Assembly: GCA_964641155.1 (NCBI GenBank)
Contig: CAZXJO010000001.1
Location: 313,595-377,594, forward strand
Length of the DNA stretch: 64,000 nt
Direction: 5' to 3'
DNA from: an uncultured Desulfurococcaceae archaeon
GTDB lineage: Archaea > Thermoproteota > Thermoprotei_A > Sulfolobales > NBVN01
Shown: piece by piece, positions 40,443 through 48,466 of the stretch
Layout of the letters: every line of letters begins with the position of its first letter
Position numbering within the stretch: position 1 is the first letter of the stretch
The notes under the pieces: generated by a model
The model's input: the letters and a program-made list of their open reading frames with translations, nothing else
Told to the model about the DNA's origin: nothing
Databases searched by the model: none
Program-made: the position numbers and the translations under genes

Positions 40443-40775
40443 TTGGCTTCTTTGAAGGGTGTTAAGGAGTTACTTATAGATGGGCAACTTAGGATTAACA
40501 TCATAGAGTTAGGTAGTGAGGTGTTGGTAAGTGCCGATGTTCCAGCCATGCGTTGGTGTTACGAAACCTCAGGCGAATTGTCCATAGATGGCGTTAAGAT
40601 TGTCTATGCGTCTCTGAAGGTGCCCGGGATAGGGGTGGTAGAGGTTGCGGGATGTAAAGTTATCGACAGCCTCAGAGCTATCAACATCAAATATAAGGTA
40701 GAGTGTACGGATGCTGCAGTAGATACTTATCGTAAGATAGTCGAGTATATGGATAAGTTCTGTAGTGAGTCATGA
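40443..40775 (+). CDS. Hypothetical protein
   Basis: TTG-started ORF, co-oriented, plausible composition. Confidence 0.55.
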   Translation: MASLKGVKELLIDGQLRINIIELGSEVLVSADVPAMRWCYETSGELSIDGVKIVYASLKVPGIGVVEVAGCKVIDSLRAINIKYKVECTDAAVDTYRKIVEYMDKFCSES

Positions 40776-40837
40776 GGCACTTTATAACTTAACAGTTTAA
40801 AACAACCCTTATTAGTAATTTCGTAGGTGTTCACGTA

Positions 40838-41350
40838 ATGTTCAAGGACCTCAACGTGGATTTAAACGACCTCAAAGCGCATGCCTCGAACTTAATTGCC
40901 GGCGCCGAAGTTACCACGGTGTCAGCCGGGGGAGTTAAAAGCCTAAATATCTTAACTCCGAGCGGCCTCTTATTCGATTTAAGGGTAACTAACGTGTCCG
41001 CTGAGGTTTACCTTAACCTATGTATTGAAGGATATGAGAGCTTAGAAAGTTTACTCACTGAGATCGGTCTAGGCTTTACTTTTAAATTAATTAAAGAACT
41101 GCGCGATGTGTTTAAATCACTGCCAAAATCACTAATAATCTCCAAGGCAATACCTTCAGGCATCACCTACCTAATCCTAGAGCCCACCAACACGTTTCCA
41201 CCGGTTAAGGGAGTCTTGAGGGGAGGTGAAATTGCTGTGACAGCGCCTTCGTGCTCAGTAATCAACGGTAAGGTGGAGTGCGCTGAGGCAAAGTACTTAC
41301 CAATAGTTAGCGCGGTCGCTAATACTCTAAAAGAGTTCACGTTAACCTAA
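40838..41350 (+). CDS. Hypothetical protein
   Basis: 170-aa ORF with an AT-rich promoter region upstream. Confidence 0.65.
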   Translation: MFKDLNVDLNDLKAHASNLIAGAEVTTVSAGGVKSLNILTPSGLLFDLRVTNVSAEVYLNLCIEGYESLESLLTEIGLGFTFKLIKELRDVFKSLPKSLIISKAIPSGITYLILEPTNTFPPVKGVLRGGEIAVTAPSCSVINGKVECAEAKYLPIVSAVANTLKEFTLT

Positions 41351-41611
41351 CCCCACCTATGCTGAGGAGGTCGTTAACTCAATCACTACCGTTCGGGTGT
41401 GAACTTCTCCCAACTAAATGAAACCAGGGACAAACGGTAACATACCGTAGACGGTGGTGGAAATAAACTCTTCGATCTTAATACGTTATTAATAGTCATG
41501 TGGGGGAGGTACTAGCAGTGACACCCCAGCTAATAACTCATACCAGCGTTACAACAGACCTACCACATTTAAACGATTAATGAACAGTAGTGTACTCTCA
41601 GGAGATATGCC

Positions 41612-42121
41612 TTGAGTGATGCAGTCACTTCAGTCTCTGAGGAGTCCATCTTCAGCGAGGCATCGTACGTCGAAGTGATAGCTGATGATCTTGTGAGGAC
41701 GGCCTCCGTAATAGGTATTCTTAAAAGCATTGGTGAGGAGTGTGATGAGTTGATAGGGGTTCTCAAATTCCTAACTTCAGAACTTGTGATGGAGCTACAC
41801 ACAAATAAGTATGTTGATGGGCTTGCTGCGGAGTTACGCGATGCTATTAAGGTCTCCCTCTGGGAGGTTGGGGACGAATTTAAGCTGTCAACGCTCATCA
41901 ACGACGTCGTGTCGTTAGGTTTGATGGTTAGGGAAGGTTTCAACGACCCAGAACTAGCGAAGGAGGTGTTGGAGGAGTTCGCGGATACGTTTTCCCTACA
42001 GTTAAGCAGGTGTGATATTGTTAGGGAGGTTATGGAGAGCGGTGATCCGGCACTAATCCTTCAAACGGTATTGGTGGGTCTCACACTAGCTGTGGGTGGG
42101 CTCAACTACGAAGGTGGTTAA
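41612..42121 (+). CDS. Hypothetical acidic helical protein
   Basis: Strong amphipathic/acidic composition; coupled to the downstream zinc-finger gene. Confidence 0.65.
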   Translation: MSDAVTSVSEESIFSEASYVEVIADDLVRTASVIGILKSIGEECDELIGVLKFLTSELVMELHTNKYVDGLAAELRDAIKVSLWEVGDEFKLSTLINDVVSLGLMVREGFNDPELAKEVLEEFADTFSLQLSRCDIVREVMESGDPALILQTVLVGLTLAVGGLNYEGG

Positions 42122-42437
42122 TTTGTCCAGAGTTGATGTGCTGTCGGAGAGGCTCATAGAGTTTGTGGCTAGGGCTGCGTCAAGGATAAGTTACGACCAA
42201 CGTAAGTTGGTAGCTATATCCGGTACCTCAATGCACGGAATAGTGCTTAAGGTGATCGGCAGGGTGTCTGAGTGGGTTTCTGAGGACAGGGGTGGTTTAC
42301 TCTGGTGTAGACTATGTGGTAGGGGTTCTTTCACTAAGAGGGGTCTTTACCTACATTTAGTTAGGGTTCATAACTTCGAGATTAAGAGCATAATCGAAGA
42401 TGAACTGCGTAGGGAGCTGAAGACAGCCCAGAGATAA
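42096..42437 (+). CDS. C2H2-type zinc-finger protein (probable start TTG 42123)
   Basis: CRLCGRGSFTKRGLYLHLVRVH; GGTGGT SD precedes the TTG at 42123. Confidence 0.8.
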   Translation: MGSTTKVVNLSRVDVLSERLIEFVARAASRISYDQRKLVAISGTSMHGIVLKVIGRVSEWVSEDRGGLLWCRLCGRGSFTKRGLYLHLVRVHNFEIKSIIEDELRRELKTAQR

Positions 42438-42439
42438 TG

Positions 42440-42458
42440 CGCGGTGGTCAAAACCGCG
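42440..42458. repeat. GC-rich hairpin between convergent transcription units (possible terminator/processing site)
   Basis: CGCGGT-N7-ACCGCG immediately after the stop of the C2H2 gene. Confidence 0.35.
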
Positions 42459-42523
42459 TGAACGGGTAGCAAAACATGGAAAGAACTGTTGGATAGATGT
42501 TAGGAGGTTCTAGGTTAGGTGGT

Positions 42524-42579
42524 CATTCAGGGATGGAGGCGCTCATCAACTCACGTTTGGAGTCACTAATCATCCCATG
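42524..42579 (-). ncRNA. Candidate box C/D guide sRNA
   Basis: Minus strand: C GGGATGA (42576-70), guide, D' GTGA (42554-51), C' TTGATGA (42549-43), 12-nt guide GCGCCTCCATCC, D CTGA (42530-27), CAT/ATG terminal stem. Confidence 0.6.
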
Positions 42580-42620
42580 TATAGTTGGCTAAACACTCAG
42601 ATTTAAGTCTATCACGTAAG

Positions 42621-42710
42621 TGCCGCCGCGGGGATTTGAACCCCGGACCTCCGGATCTCCCAGATGGGCCGTATGAGTCCGGCGCTCTGACCAGACTAAG
42701 CTACGGCGGC
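42621..42710 (-). tRNA. tRNA-Met(CAT), elongator type, with a 15-nt canonical 37/38 intron (42657-42671)
   Basis: GCCGCCG/CGGCGGC acceptor, CCGGA-CTCATA[intron]A-TCCGG; the intron TGGG pairs with CTCA to form a BHB. Confidence 0.95.
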
Positions 42711-42796
42711 ACCACTCTAGAATAAATGAATCACAGATTTAAGTTTTATGAGTCCCGCGTTCTTGAGGTTCGGAGAAGCACTGAATGCGGTGAATT

Positions 42797-42923
42797 GGGC
42801 GGGACCCCAACTTGGGAGGGCTGCGAGACCTCTCGGATCTCACAGCCCTTCCCAACGTGGCTAGCTTAACTTCCGGGATCTGACGAGTCCGGGTGTTTCC
42901 TAGCCACTATGGTCGGGGCCGCC
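42797..42923 (-). rRNA. rrf: 5S rRNA (stand-alone)
   Basis: Minus strand GGCGGCCCCGACCAUAGUGGCUAGGAAACACCCGG...CCGGAAGUUAAGCUAGCCACG...GAGAUCCGAGAGGUCUCGCAGCCC; helices I-V can be paired. Ends are approximate. Confidence 0.95.
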
Positions 42924-43047
42924 ACATTTGATAGTACTTCAGTGGTTTTTAAGTGTTAATCAATTTCAGCTTTCGCTTAGAACATATGTCCTCAGCCACC
43001 TTATCCCCTGGGTAACCTTTCAGAGGTTGGGGAATGGGTGAAGTTAG

Positions 43048-43160
43048 TGGTAGCCGGGCGGGGATTCGAACCCCGGTCACGGGGGTTCCCCAACAATTCC
43101 AGATTCGGGGATAGCCCTTAGCTACCTGCCCCGCATCCTTGACCGCTAGACGACCCGGCT
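43048..43160 (-). tRNA. tRNA-Gln(CTG) with two introns: 24 nt at 32/33 (43104-43127) and 13 nt at 37/38 (43086-43098); CCA encoded
   Basis: AGCCGGG/CCCGGCT acceptor. Removing both inserts gives CGGGG-CTCTGGC-CCCCG, and both junction pairs fit bulge-helix-bulge geometry. Confidence 0.92.
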
Positions 43161-43272
43161 TCAATTAAATTATATCGAAGTTCGATTATTAAGTTTTAAC
43201 GTCGAGTTTGATTGCTAAGTCCTAACATCAAGTTTAATTATTAAGCTTTGATGTTAAGTACCTCAGGGATAG

Positions 43273-44769
43273 ATGATGTCATGGGTTGACGAGTACGTTA
43301 AGACTCTTTTCACCTTAAGAGATAGCGAGCTGTACGTAGTTGCTTCAGGACTAACCACGTCAGGTCCAGCACACATGGGTACGATAATGGAGCTTTTAAT
43401 ACCTTACACAGTATCTAAGGCTATTAAGACGCACGGCCGGAAGTCCTACTTCATATTCATAGCTGACACTATGGACTCCTTAGACAGCATACCCTCGCAA
43501 CTCGCCACGTTCTCGGAGCTGAGGGAGTTCCTCGGGATGCCGTTGTGTAAGGTCTTAGACCCGTACGGGTGTCATGATAGTTACGGGTACCACTTCCTTG
43601 ACGAGGTATTGGGTCTGATGAAGAAGCTCGCGATCGAGTGCGACGAGGTTCTAACAGCTGACAAACTATACCTCGAGGGTTGGTACGACGACTATGCAAG
43701 GCTTTTCTTCAACAGATTGGATGAAGTTAGGAACGTCTTAGAGACAACATCGTTTAGGAAGTTACCTCCAAATTGGTTAGGGATCGTCAAACCCATATGC
43801 GGTAGGTGCGGTAGGAACGACAGCACCTCCGTCACGTCATTCCATGACGACGTCATAACGTATGAGTGCGGTAGTTGCGGTTTCAAAGGCAGCATGCATT
43901 TAGAAGACCGTAAGTGGAAGCTCCTTTGGAGACTTGATTGGCCGTCAAGGCAGGACTTCCTCGGCGTTGACGTTGAAGGTGGTGGCGTCGACCACTTCAC
44001 CAAGGGGGGCTCTTGGGACACTGCGACTGAGATCCATAGGAAGATATTCGGTAAAGAACCCCCTGTGGGCTTCAAGTTCGGCTTCGTCCTCATAGAGGGT
44101 AAGAAGATGAGTAAAAGTAAGGGTTTGGGGTCGCTCTCAGATATCATGAGGTTCGTACACCCTGCCGTAATCAAGTATTTCCTACTAAAACATGATTTGG
44201 AGGAGAACAGGAACTTAAGAATGGACCCTAAGTTCCTCTTATCGCTCTACGAGGAATACAAATTGGTGGGTGATGGGAAGTATCAGGATGTGAAGCAGCT
44301 TAGGGCTTGGGAGTTAAGCGGTGGGGTTAGGTGGAACACCTCATTCGGTGAGCTACTGGTATACTACCAGATATATAAGGATTGGGAAACTATTTCAGGG
44401 TTGACTAAGGATTACGAATCCGTCGCTGAGCTGAAATCATATGTGGAGGAATGGATTAAGAATAACTTACTACCAGACGAGTACGATGTCCAACTCAGGC
44501 CGTCACCACCACCCCCCTCCACTGAGGACCTAATACTGGAATTATCTGAGTCGTTAGATGAAAGTATGAGCGATGTTGACATCCACAATAAGATTTACGA
44601 AATATCTAGGAGTAAGGGGAAGGACCCTTCAGAGCTCTTCAAAGCAATCTACTTAATGCTTTTCGGCAAGCCTAAGGGGCCTAAGCTGGGTAGGTTCATT
44701 AAGGTATTAGGTGTTAATCGATTTAAGAACATCGTGAGGGAGGTTCTCAACTCCCCGAAGAATCTGTGA
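43273..44769 (+). CDS. lysS: Lysine--tRNA ligase, class I
   Basis: SGLTTSGPAHMG (HIGH-like), D.MDSL, KL.WRLDWP.R, KKMSKSKG, C-terminal G.PKGPKLG. Confidence 0.96.
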   Translation: MMSWVDEYVKTLFTLRDSELYVVASGLTTSGPAHMGTIMELLIPYTVSKAIKTHGRKSYFIFIADTMDSLDSIPSQLATFSELREFLGMPLCKVLDPYGCHDSYGYHFLDEVLGLMKKLAIECDEVLTADKLYLEGWYDDYARLFFNRLDEVRNVLETTSFRKLPPNWLGIVKPICGRCGRNDSTSVTSFHDDVITYECGSCGFKGSMHLEDRKWKLLWRLDWPSRQDFLGVDVEGGGVDHFTKGGSWDTATEIHRKIFGKEPPVGFKFGFVLIEGKKMSKSKGLGSLSDIMRFVHPAVIKYFLLKHDLEENRNLRMDPKFLLSLYEEYKLVGDGKYQDVKQLRAWELSGGVRWNTSFGELLVYYQIYKDWETISGLTKDYESVAELKSYVEEWIKNNLLPDEYDVQLRPSPPPPSTEDLILELSESLDESMSDVDIHNKIYEISRSKGKDPSELFKAIYLMLFGKPKGPKLGRFIKVLGVNRFKNIVREVLNSPKNL

Positions 44770-44845
44770 CATGCAACATCTTAGTAGGGACTTCATATAG
44801 GTTTAAAAACCCCAAAACCATTTACACTCGTCTATCGTATCGGAG

Positions 44846-45286
44846 TTGAAATACGTGATGGAAAGCGGTAAGGTAAACGTAATAGATCTAAAGCCAGGAA
44901 TGGAAGACGTGCACGTCGTCGTGCGCGTTCTCGAAGCGGGCAACCCCAAAGTCATAAGAACTAAGGCAGGGGAGAGGACGATTAGTGAGGCCTTAGTCGG
45001 TGATGGTACTGGTAAAGTCAAGCTCACGTTATGGGGCCGTGTTGCTGGAACCATTAACAAGGGTGAGGTAATTGAGGTTGTTGGTGGTTGGACATCTGTG
45101 TTCAGGAATGAAGTGCAGTTAAACGTAGGTGGCCGTGGTAAGGTAAACAAGGTTGACACCTCATTAGCTCCGGAAAGTGATGAAATACCTGACGCGATGC
45201 CTAAAGCGCCTGAGCAGGGTGGTGAAGGGGGCTTTAGGAGGTTACCCCCGAGAGGCGGTAGGGGTAGGTCAAGGGGTTGGAGATGA
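44846..45286 (+). CDS. ssb: Crenarchaeal single-stranded DNA-binding protein (single OB fold, Gly/Arg tail; probable ATG at 44858)
   Basis: KVNVIDLKPG..., VGDGTGKVKLTLWG, LNVGGRG, RGGRGRSRG tail. Confidence 0.92.
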   Translation: MKYVMESGKVNVIDLKPGMEDVHVVVRVLEAGNPKVIRTKAGERTISEALVGDGTGKVKLTLWGRVAGTINKGEVIEVVGGWTSVFRNEVQLNVGGRGKVNKVDTSLAPESDEIPDAMPKAPEQGGEGGFRRLPPRGGRGRSRGWR

Positions 45287-45600
45287 GTCAAGGTACCGCA
45301 ACCTACGACAGGGTTAAGGAGCTTAAACCGTTAAAGAAAGGCAGTGAGCTGGGGTTTGACGGTCAAAACTACCTGGTAGCGTTGAGTGAGAACGACGTAT
45401 ATGCGCTGGCGTCAGGCGCTTACTACGTGTGGAGCCTCTGCAGCGGTGAGAAGACTGTGGAGCAGTTAGTAAAGGATATAACTATTGAACTATCAAGCGT
45501 CCCGGAAAGTAAGGAGAATATAAAAGAAGAGGAATTAAGAGAACCTGTAGCCATGATATTGGAGCAGCTGGCTAGGGTAGGTTTGATTTCATATACGTGA
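45277..45600 (+). CDS. PqqD/RRE-like protein (probable ATG at 45283, overlapping the ssb stop)
   Basis: VYAL...AYYVWSLCSGEKTVEQLV...L....V..ILEQLARVGLI pattern typical of the PqqD winged helix. Confidence 0.7.
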   Translation: MEMSQGTATYDRVKELKPLKKGSELGFDGQNYLVALSENDVYALASGAYYVWSLCSGEKTVEQLVKDITIELSSVPESKENIKEEELREPVAMILEQLARVGLISYT

Positions 45601-45663
45601 ATACCGGTTAAGTAAATCCAATTCCTCTCAACGTTTTTTACAAGTTCTACACAATGCTAGAGC

Positions 45664-46128
45664 TTAGGCGTAACACGCGTCGATTAAGCTAATCTTGCTC
45701 GGCGGTACCCCACCACCAGCTAATTTACTGATTATGTGGTTAACTACATCTGATGCACATGTAAATTTGTAGAGGTGGGTCTTATCACTTCTGAGGTCGC
45801 TGCAGCCGAAACCTTCTACGGCAGGTTCGAAGCACTCGTCCGTCCCGATAAGTCTCGCCAGGAACGACTCGCTCAGTGTGTCATCGTGAACCGCTATTGC
45901 TTTAGCGATATCCACGAACTCACTAACTGTTAAGTAATCTATATGCCAGAAAGGCTTCTTACCCCTTAAACAGTGTCTGAGGACACGTTTGCGGACGCCG
46001 CCGGGACCCCTCCCAGAACCTATGTAGACGTAAACCCCCTCTTCAAGATATACGACCCCTAACCGGCCTACACCGACCGCTAGACCTCTTCTCAAGTTAA
46101 TTATTAAGCAGTATAAGCCACGCACCAT
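45664..46128 (-). CDS. GIY-YIG nuclease family protein (DUF123-like)
   Basis: GLYCL, GVYVYIGSG, RVLRH, WHIDYL, GFGCSD..HL. Confidence 0.85.
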   Translation of the reverse strand: MVRGLYCLIINLRRGLAVGVGRLGVVYLEEGVYVYIGSGRGPGGVRKRVLRHCLRGKKPFWHIDYLTVSEFVDIAKAIAVHDDTLSESFLARLIGTDECFEPAVEGFGCSDLRSDKTHLYKFTCASDVVNHIISKLAGGGVPPSKISLIDACYA

Positions 46129-46220
46129 GCGTTACATACACTCCATGGCCAGGAATCCCCACGGCCTAACCGGAGAATAGATCTCAAATACGTTTATTTG
46201 GTTATTTCAGCTGGGGCTAA

Positions 46221-46475
46221 TTAGGATGTTGCCTCGATTAATTGTTCACTGGATCCCAACCCACTAACTTTAATTAACGTATCGCTTTCCCTCTCCAGGG
46301 CAATTAGTAGTTTGTTACCGAGCTCGCTTAACCTGTAGACTCTATAATTACCTTTGGAGTTCACTAGCTCTACGATGTTAAGTGCTTCTAGAATGTGGAA
46401 GGTTGCCAGTACTTCGTACCTAGGCAGTCCTGTGGCTGAAACAACATCTCCTGGAGTAACTACCCTATCTTTCAT
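46221..46475 (-). CDS. Winged-helix DNA-binding protein (frame open to a CTG at 46517)
   Basis: TPGDVVSATGLPRYEVLA.F.ILEALNIV...YRLSELG wHTH pattern; divergent from the pilin gene. Confidence 0.75.
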   Translation of the reverse strand: MKDRVVTPGDVVSATGLPRYEVLATFHILEALNIVELVNSKGNYRVYRLSELGNKLLIALERESDTLIKVSGLGSSEQLIEATS

Positions 46476-46580
46476 ACTTGAAAGTATCTGTTTAAGTCTA
46501 AGTCTGAACTCGTTCAGTTAGACCACCGGTAAGTAGGGTAGGCGTTCACATACCTAAAAAGCTTACAGCTAATCAGTGAC

Positions 46581-46600
46581 AGCGTTCGAACGCTTTATAA
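46581..46600 (+). promoter_or_regulatory. 14-bp perfect palindrome abutting a TATA box upstream of the pilin operon
   Basis: AGCGTTCGAACGCT (46581-46594) overlapping TTTATAA (46594-46600). Confidence 0.6.
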
Positions 46601-46631
46601 GTGGGGTAAATGTATTGGGGGTGTAGTTCGG

Positions 46632-47093
46632 GTGGGTGGAAAGTATGTGGGAAATAAATTGATGCGGGGTGTAAGTGATTTAATAATAGTTCTGGCACTG
46701 ATCTCGGTGGCAATACCTGTAACCATCGCAGTTCAGCACTGGCTATCCTCCCAAGTGGGTAGGGTGACCGCGTACTCAATCGCACCTAAGGTCACTGCCA
46801 GCTTAGTGTCAATGGACTACAGGGGCAACAACTTCACCGCTGTAGTTAAAGTTGTTAACAGGGGGGTGAACGAATTAAATCTGAGTAACATTAACGTTAC
46901 TGCCTTACTATCGAACGGAACCACTACCTCGGTAAAGTCTGAGACCATCTCAGGTGGGGAAACTTTAAGTCCTAATGGTGAGGCAACAATGCTACTGACA
47001 ATACCCAATATAGATTCCAAAGTGGTAGTGATCGTGCTGGAGTTCAAAGATGTTTCAGGTAGTAAGGTACCTGTGGAATTAGTGGTGAGTTAA
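46632..47093 (+). CDS. Type IV pilin-like protein with a class III signal peptide (start at 46632 or ATG 46662)
   Basis: RG|VSDLIIVLALISVAIPVTIAV cleavage site and hydrophobic helix, followed by a beta-rich Ig-like body with N-x-S/T sequons. Confidence 0.88.
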   Translation: MGGKYVGNKLMRGVSDLIIVLALISVAIPVTIAVQHWLSSQVGRVTAYSIAPKVTASLVSMDYRGNNFTAVVKVVNRGVNELNLSNINVTALLSNGTTTSVKSETISGGETLSPNGEATMLLTIPNIDSKVVVIVLEFKDVSGSKVPVELVVS

Positions 47094-47144
47094 TCAGCCG
47101 TTTTTCTTGTTTAAGGGAAAACAGGTTTCAAAAGGCGATCATTT

Positions 47145-48446
47145 TTGAACGATTTCGAAGTTATCGACGAATACAAAGTAGGTATAGCAAGCGTTAAGAT
47201 AGTTAAGTACTCCAACAACACATACCAGTACTTAGTAGAGGAAGTAATCGGCAAGGATGTTGAGGAGGTGATTTCCAAAAACGTCGACGTCATATTGAAT
47301 TCCATCCCTTCCGGGGCCGTCCTAGACGAACTAACGCTTTCCAGGGTGGTCTCGGAGGTCCTCAACATCCGTAGAGATGATATTGCTAAGTTCATTTACG
47401 CCTTAAGGAAGGAGTTAAAGTATAAGAAGTTTCAAGTGTTGATCGATGACCCGTTCATAGAGGACATCACTGTTGCGGGGGTGGGGCCCGTATGGGTGAG
47501 GCATAGTAAGGTTTTGAAGGCGGACCCCGAGGCTGATTACATTCAGACGAACATAGTCTTAAGTGACCAAGAGGAGGTCTTTAAATACATTAATCTATTT
47601 GCTGAGAAGGCCAACAAATTGATAACGAAGTCATCACCTATATTGGATGCTAACCTGCCTGACACCGATGGAGGGCATAGAATACACTTAGTCCTCCATG
47701 AGATAAGCCTAGGCAGGCCTGAAATAACCATCAGGAAGAAGAGGAGTTACAGCGCACTAAGCGTTAAATCGTTAATTGACGATGGGGTCATGCCTGAAGC
47801 GGTAGCTAAGTATTTAAACGCTTTAGTGAGGGCTAGGGGCAGCATCATGATAGTGGGACCTCCTGGCTCCGGTAAGACGACGTTGCTTAGGGCGTTACTC
47901 TACGACTTCGTACCGAGTTCGTGGAAGACGGTCATCATTGAAGACACTCCTGAGATAGACCCACTACCGCAAAGCAATTGGATTAGGTACGTAGTCCCCA
48001 CATCCTCTGCAGCAACTAACTACTTAGACCAGTTCGCGTTGTCCAAGGCCGCTTTAAGAGCGTCCGTTAACAAGTACATAGTGATCGGGGAGACTAGAGG
48101 GGCTGAGACCCAAGTACTGGTTCAAGCAATGAACATGGGCTTAGGAGGTCTCACCACGTTCCACGGGGGTAACGTGAGGGAAGCAATTATAAGGCTCACA
48201 GGGCCTCCCATAAACCTAAGCAATTACCAAGTCTGCATGTTCTGGTCCTTCGTAACGATTAACTACGTATTCACCGGTAAGTCTGTTAGGAGGGCCGTGG
48301 TCAGCATCGATGAACCTCTATATGACAGTGAGACGGACAACATAATACTTAACAACATCTACACGTTCGGAGATGAAGTAAATTACGAGGAGTTGATTAA
48401 GAGGAGTATTAGGCTCAAGAACGTCGGAACTGCGTTCAGTCATTAA
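47145..48446 (+). CDS. Type II/IV secretion (pilus assembly) ATPase, VirB11/TadA family
   Basis: DPFIEDI, SPILDANL, ITIRK, Walker A GPPGSGKTT, IEDTPE, GETRGAE, TTFHG. Confidence 0.92.
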   Translation: MNDFEVIDEYKVGIASVKIVKYSNNTYQYLVEEVIGKDVEEVISKNVDVILNSIPSGAVLDELTLSRVVSEVLNIRRDDIAKFIYALRKELKYKKFQVLIDDPFIEDITVAGVGPVWVRHSKVLKADPEADYIQTNIVLSDQEEVFKYINLFAEKANKLITKSSPILDANLPDTDGGHRIHLVLHEISLGRPEITIRKKRSYSALSVKSLIDDGVMPEAVAKYLNALVRARGSIMIVGPPGSGKTTLLRALLYDFVPSSWKTVIIEDTPEIDPLPQSNWIRYVVPTSSAATNYLDQFALSKAALRASVNKYIVIGETRGAETQVLVQAMNMGLGGLTTFHGGNVREAIIRLTGPPINLSNYQVCMFWSFVTINYVFTGKSVRRAVVSIDEPLYDSETDNIILNNIYTFGDEVNYEELIKRSIRLKNVGTAFSH

Positions 48447-48466
48447 CTAAGGGGTAGGTAGTTACC

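Noticed and set aside
42880-42900. CTGACGA hammerhead-core-like motif on the plus strand
   Set aside because: There is no following stem II/GAAA, and it is simply the antisense of the 5S rRNA loop C.
42949-43164. 71-aa minus-strand ORF
   Set aside because: It runs through the tRNA-Gln gene; spurious.
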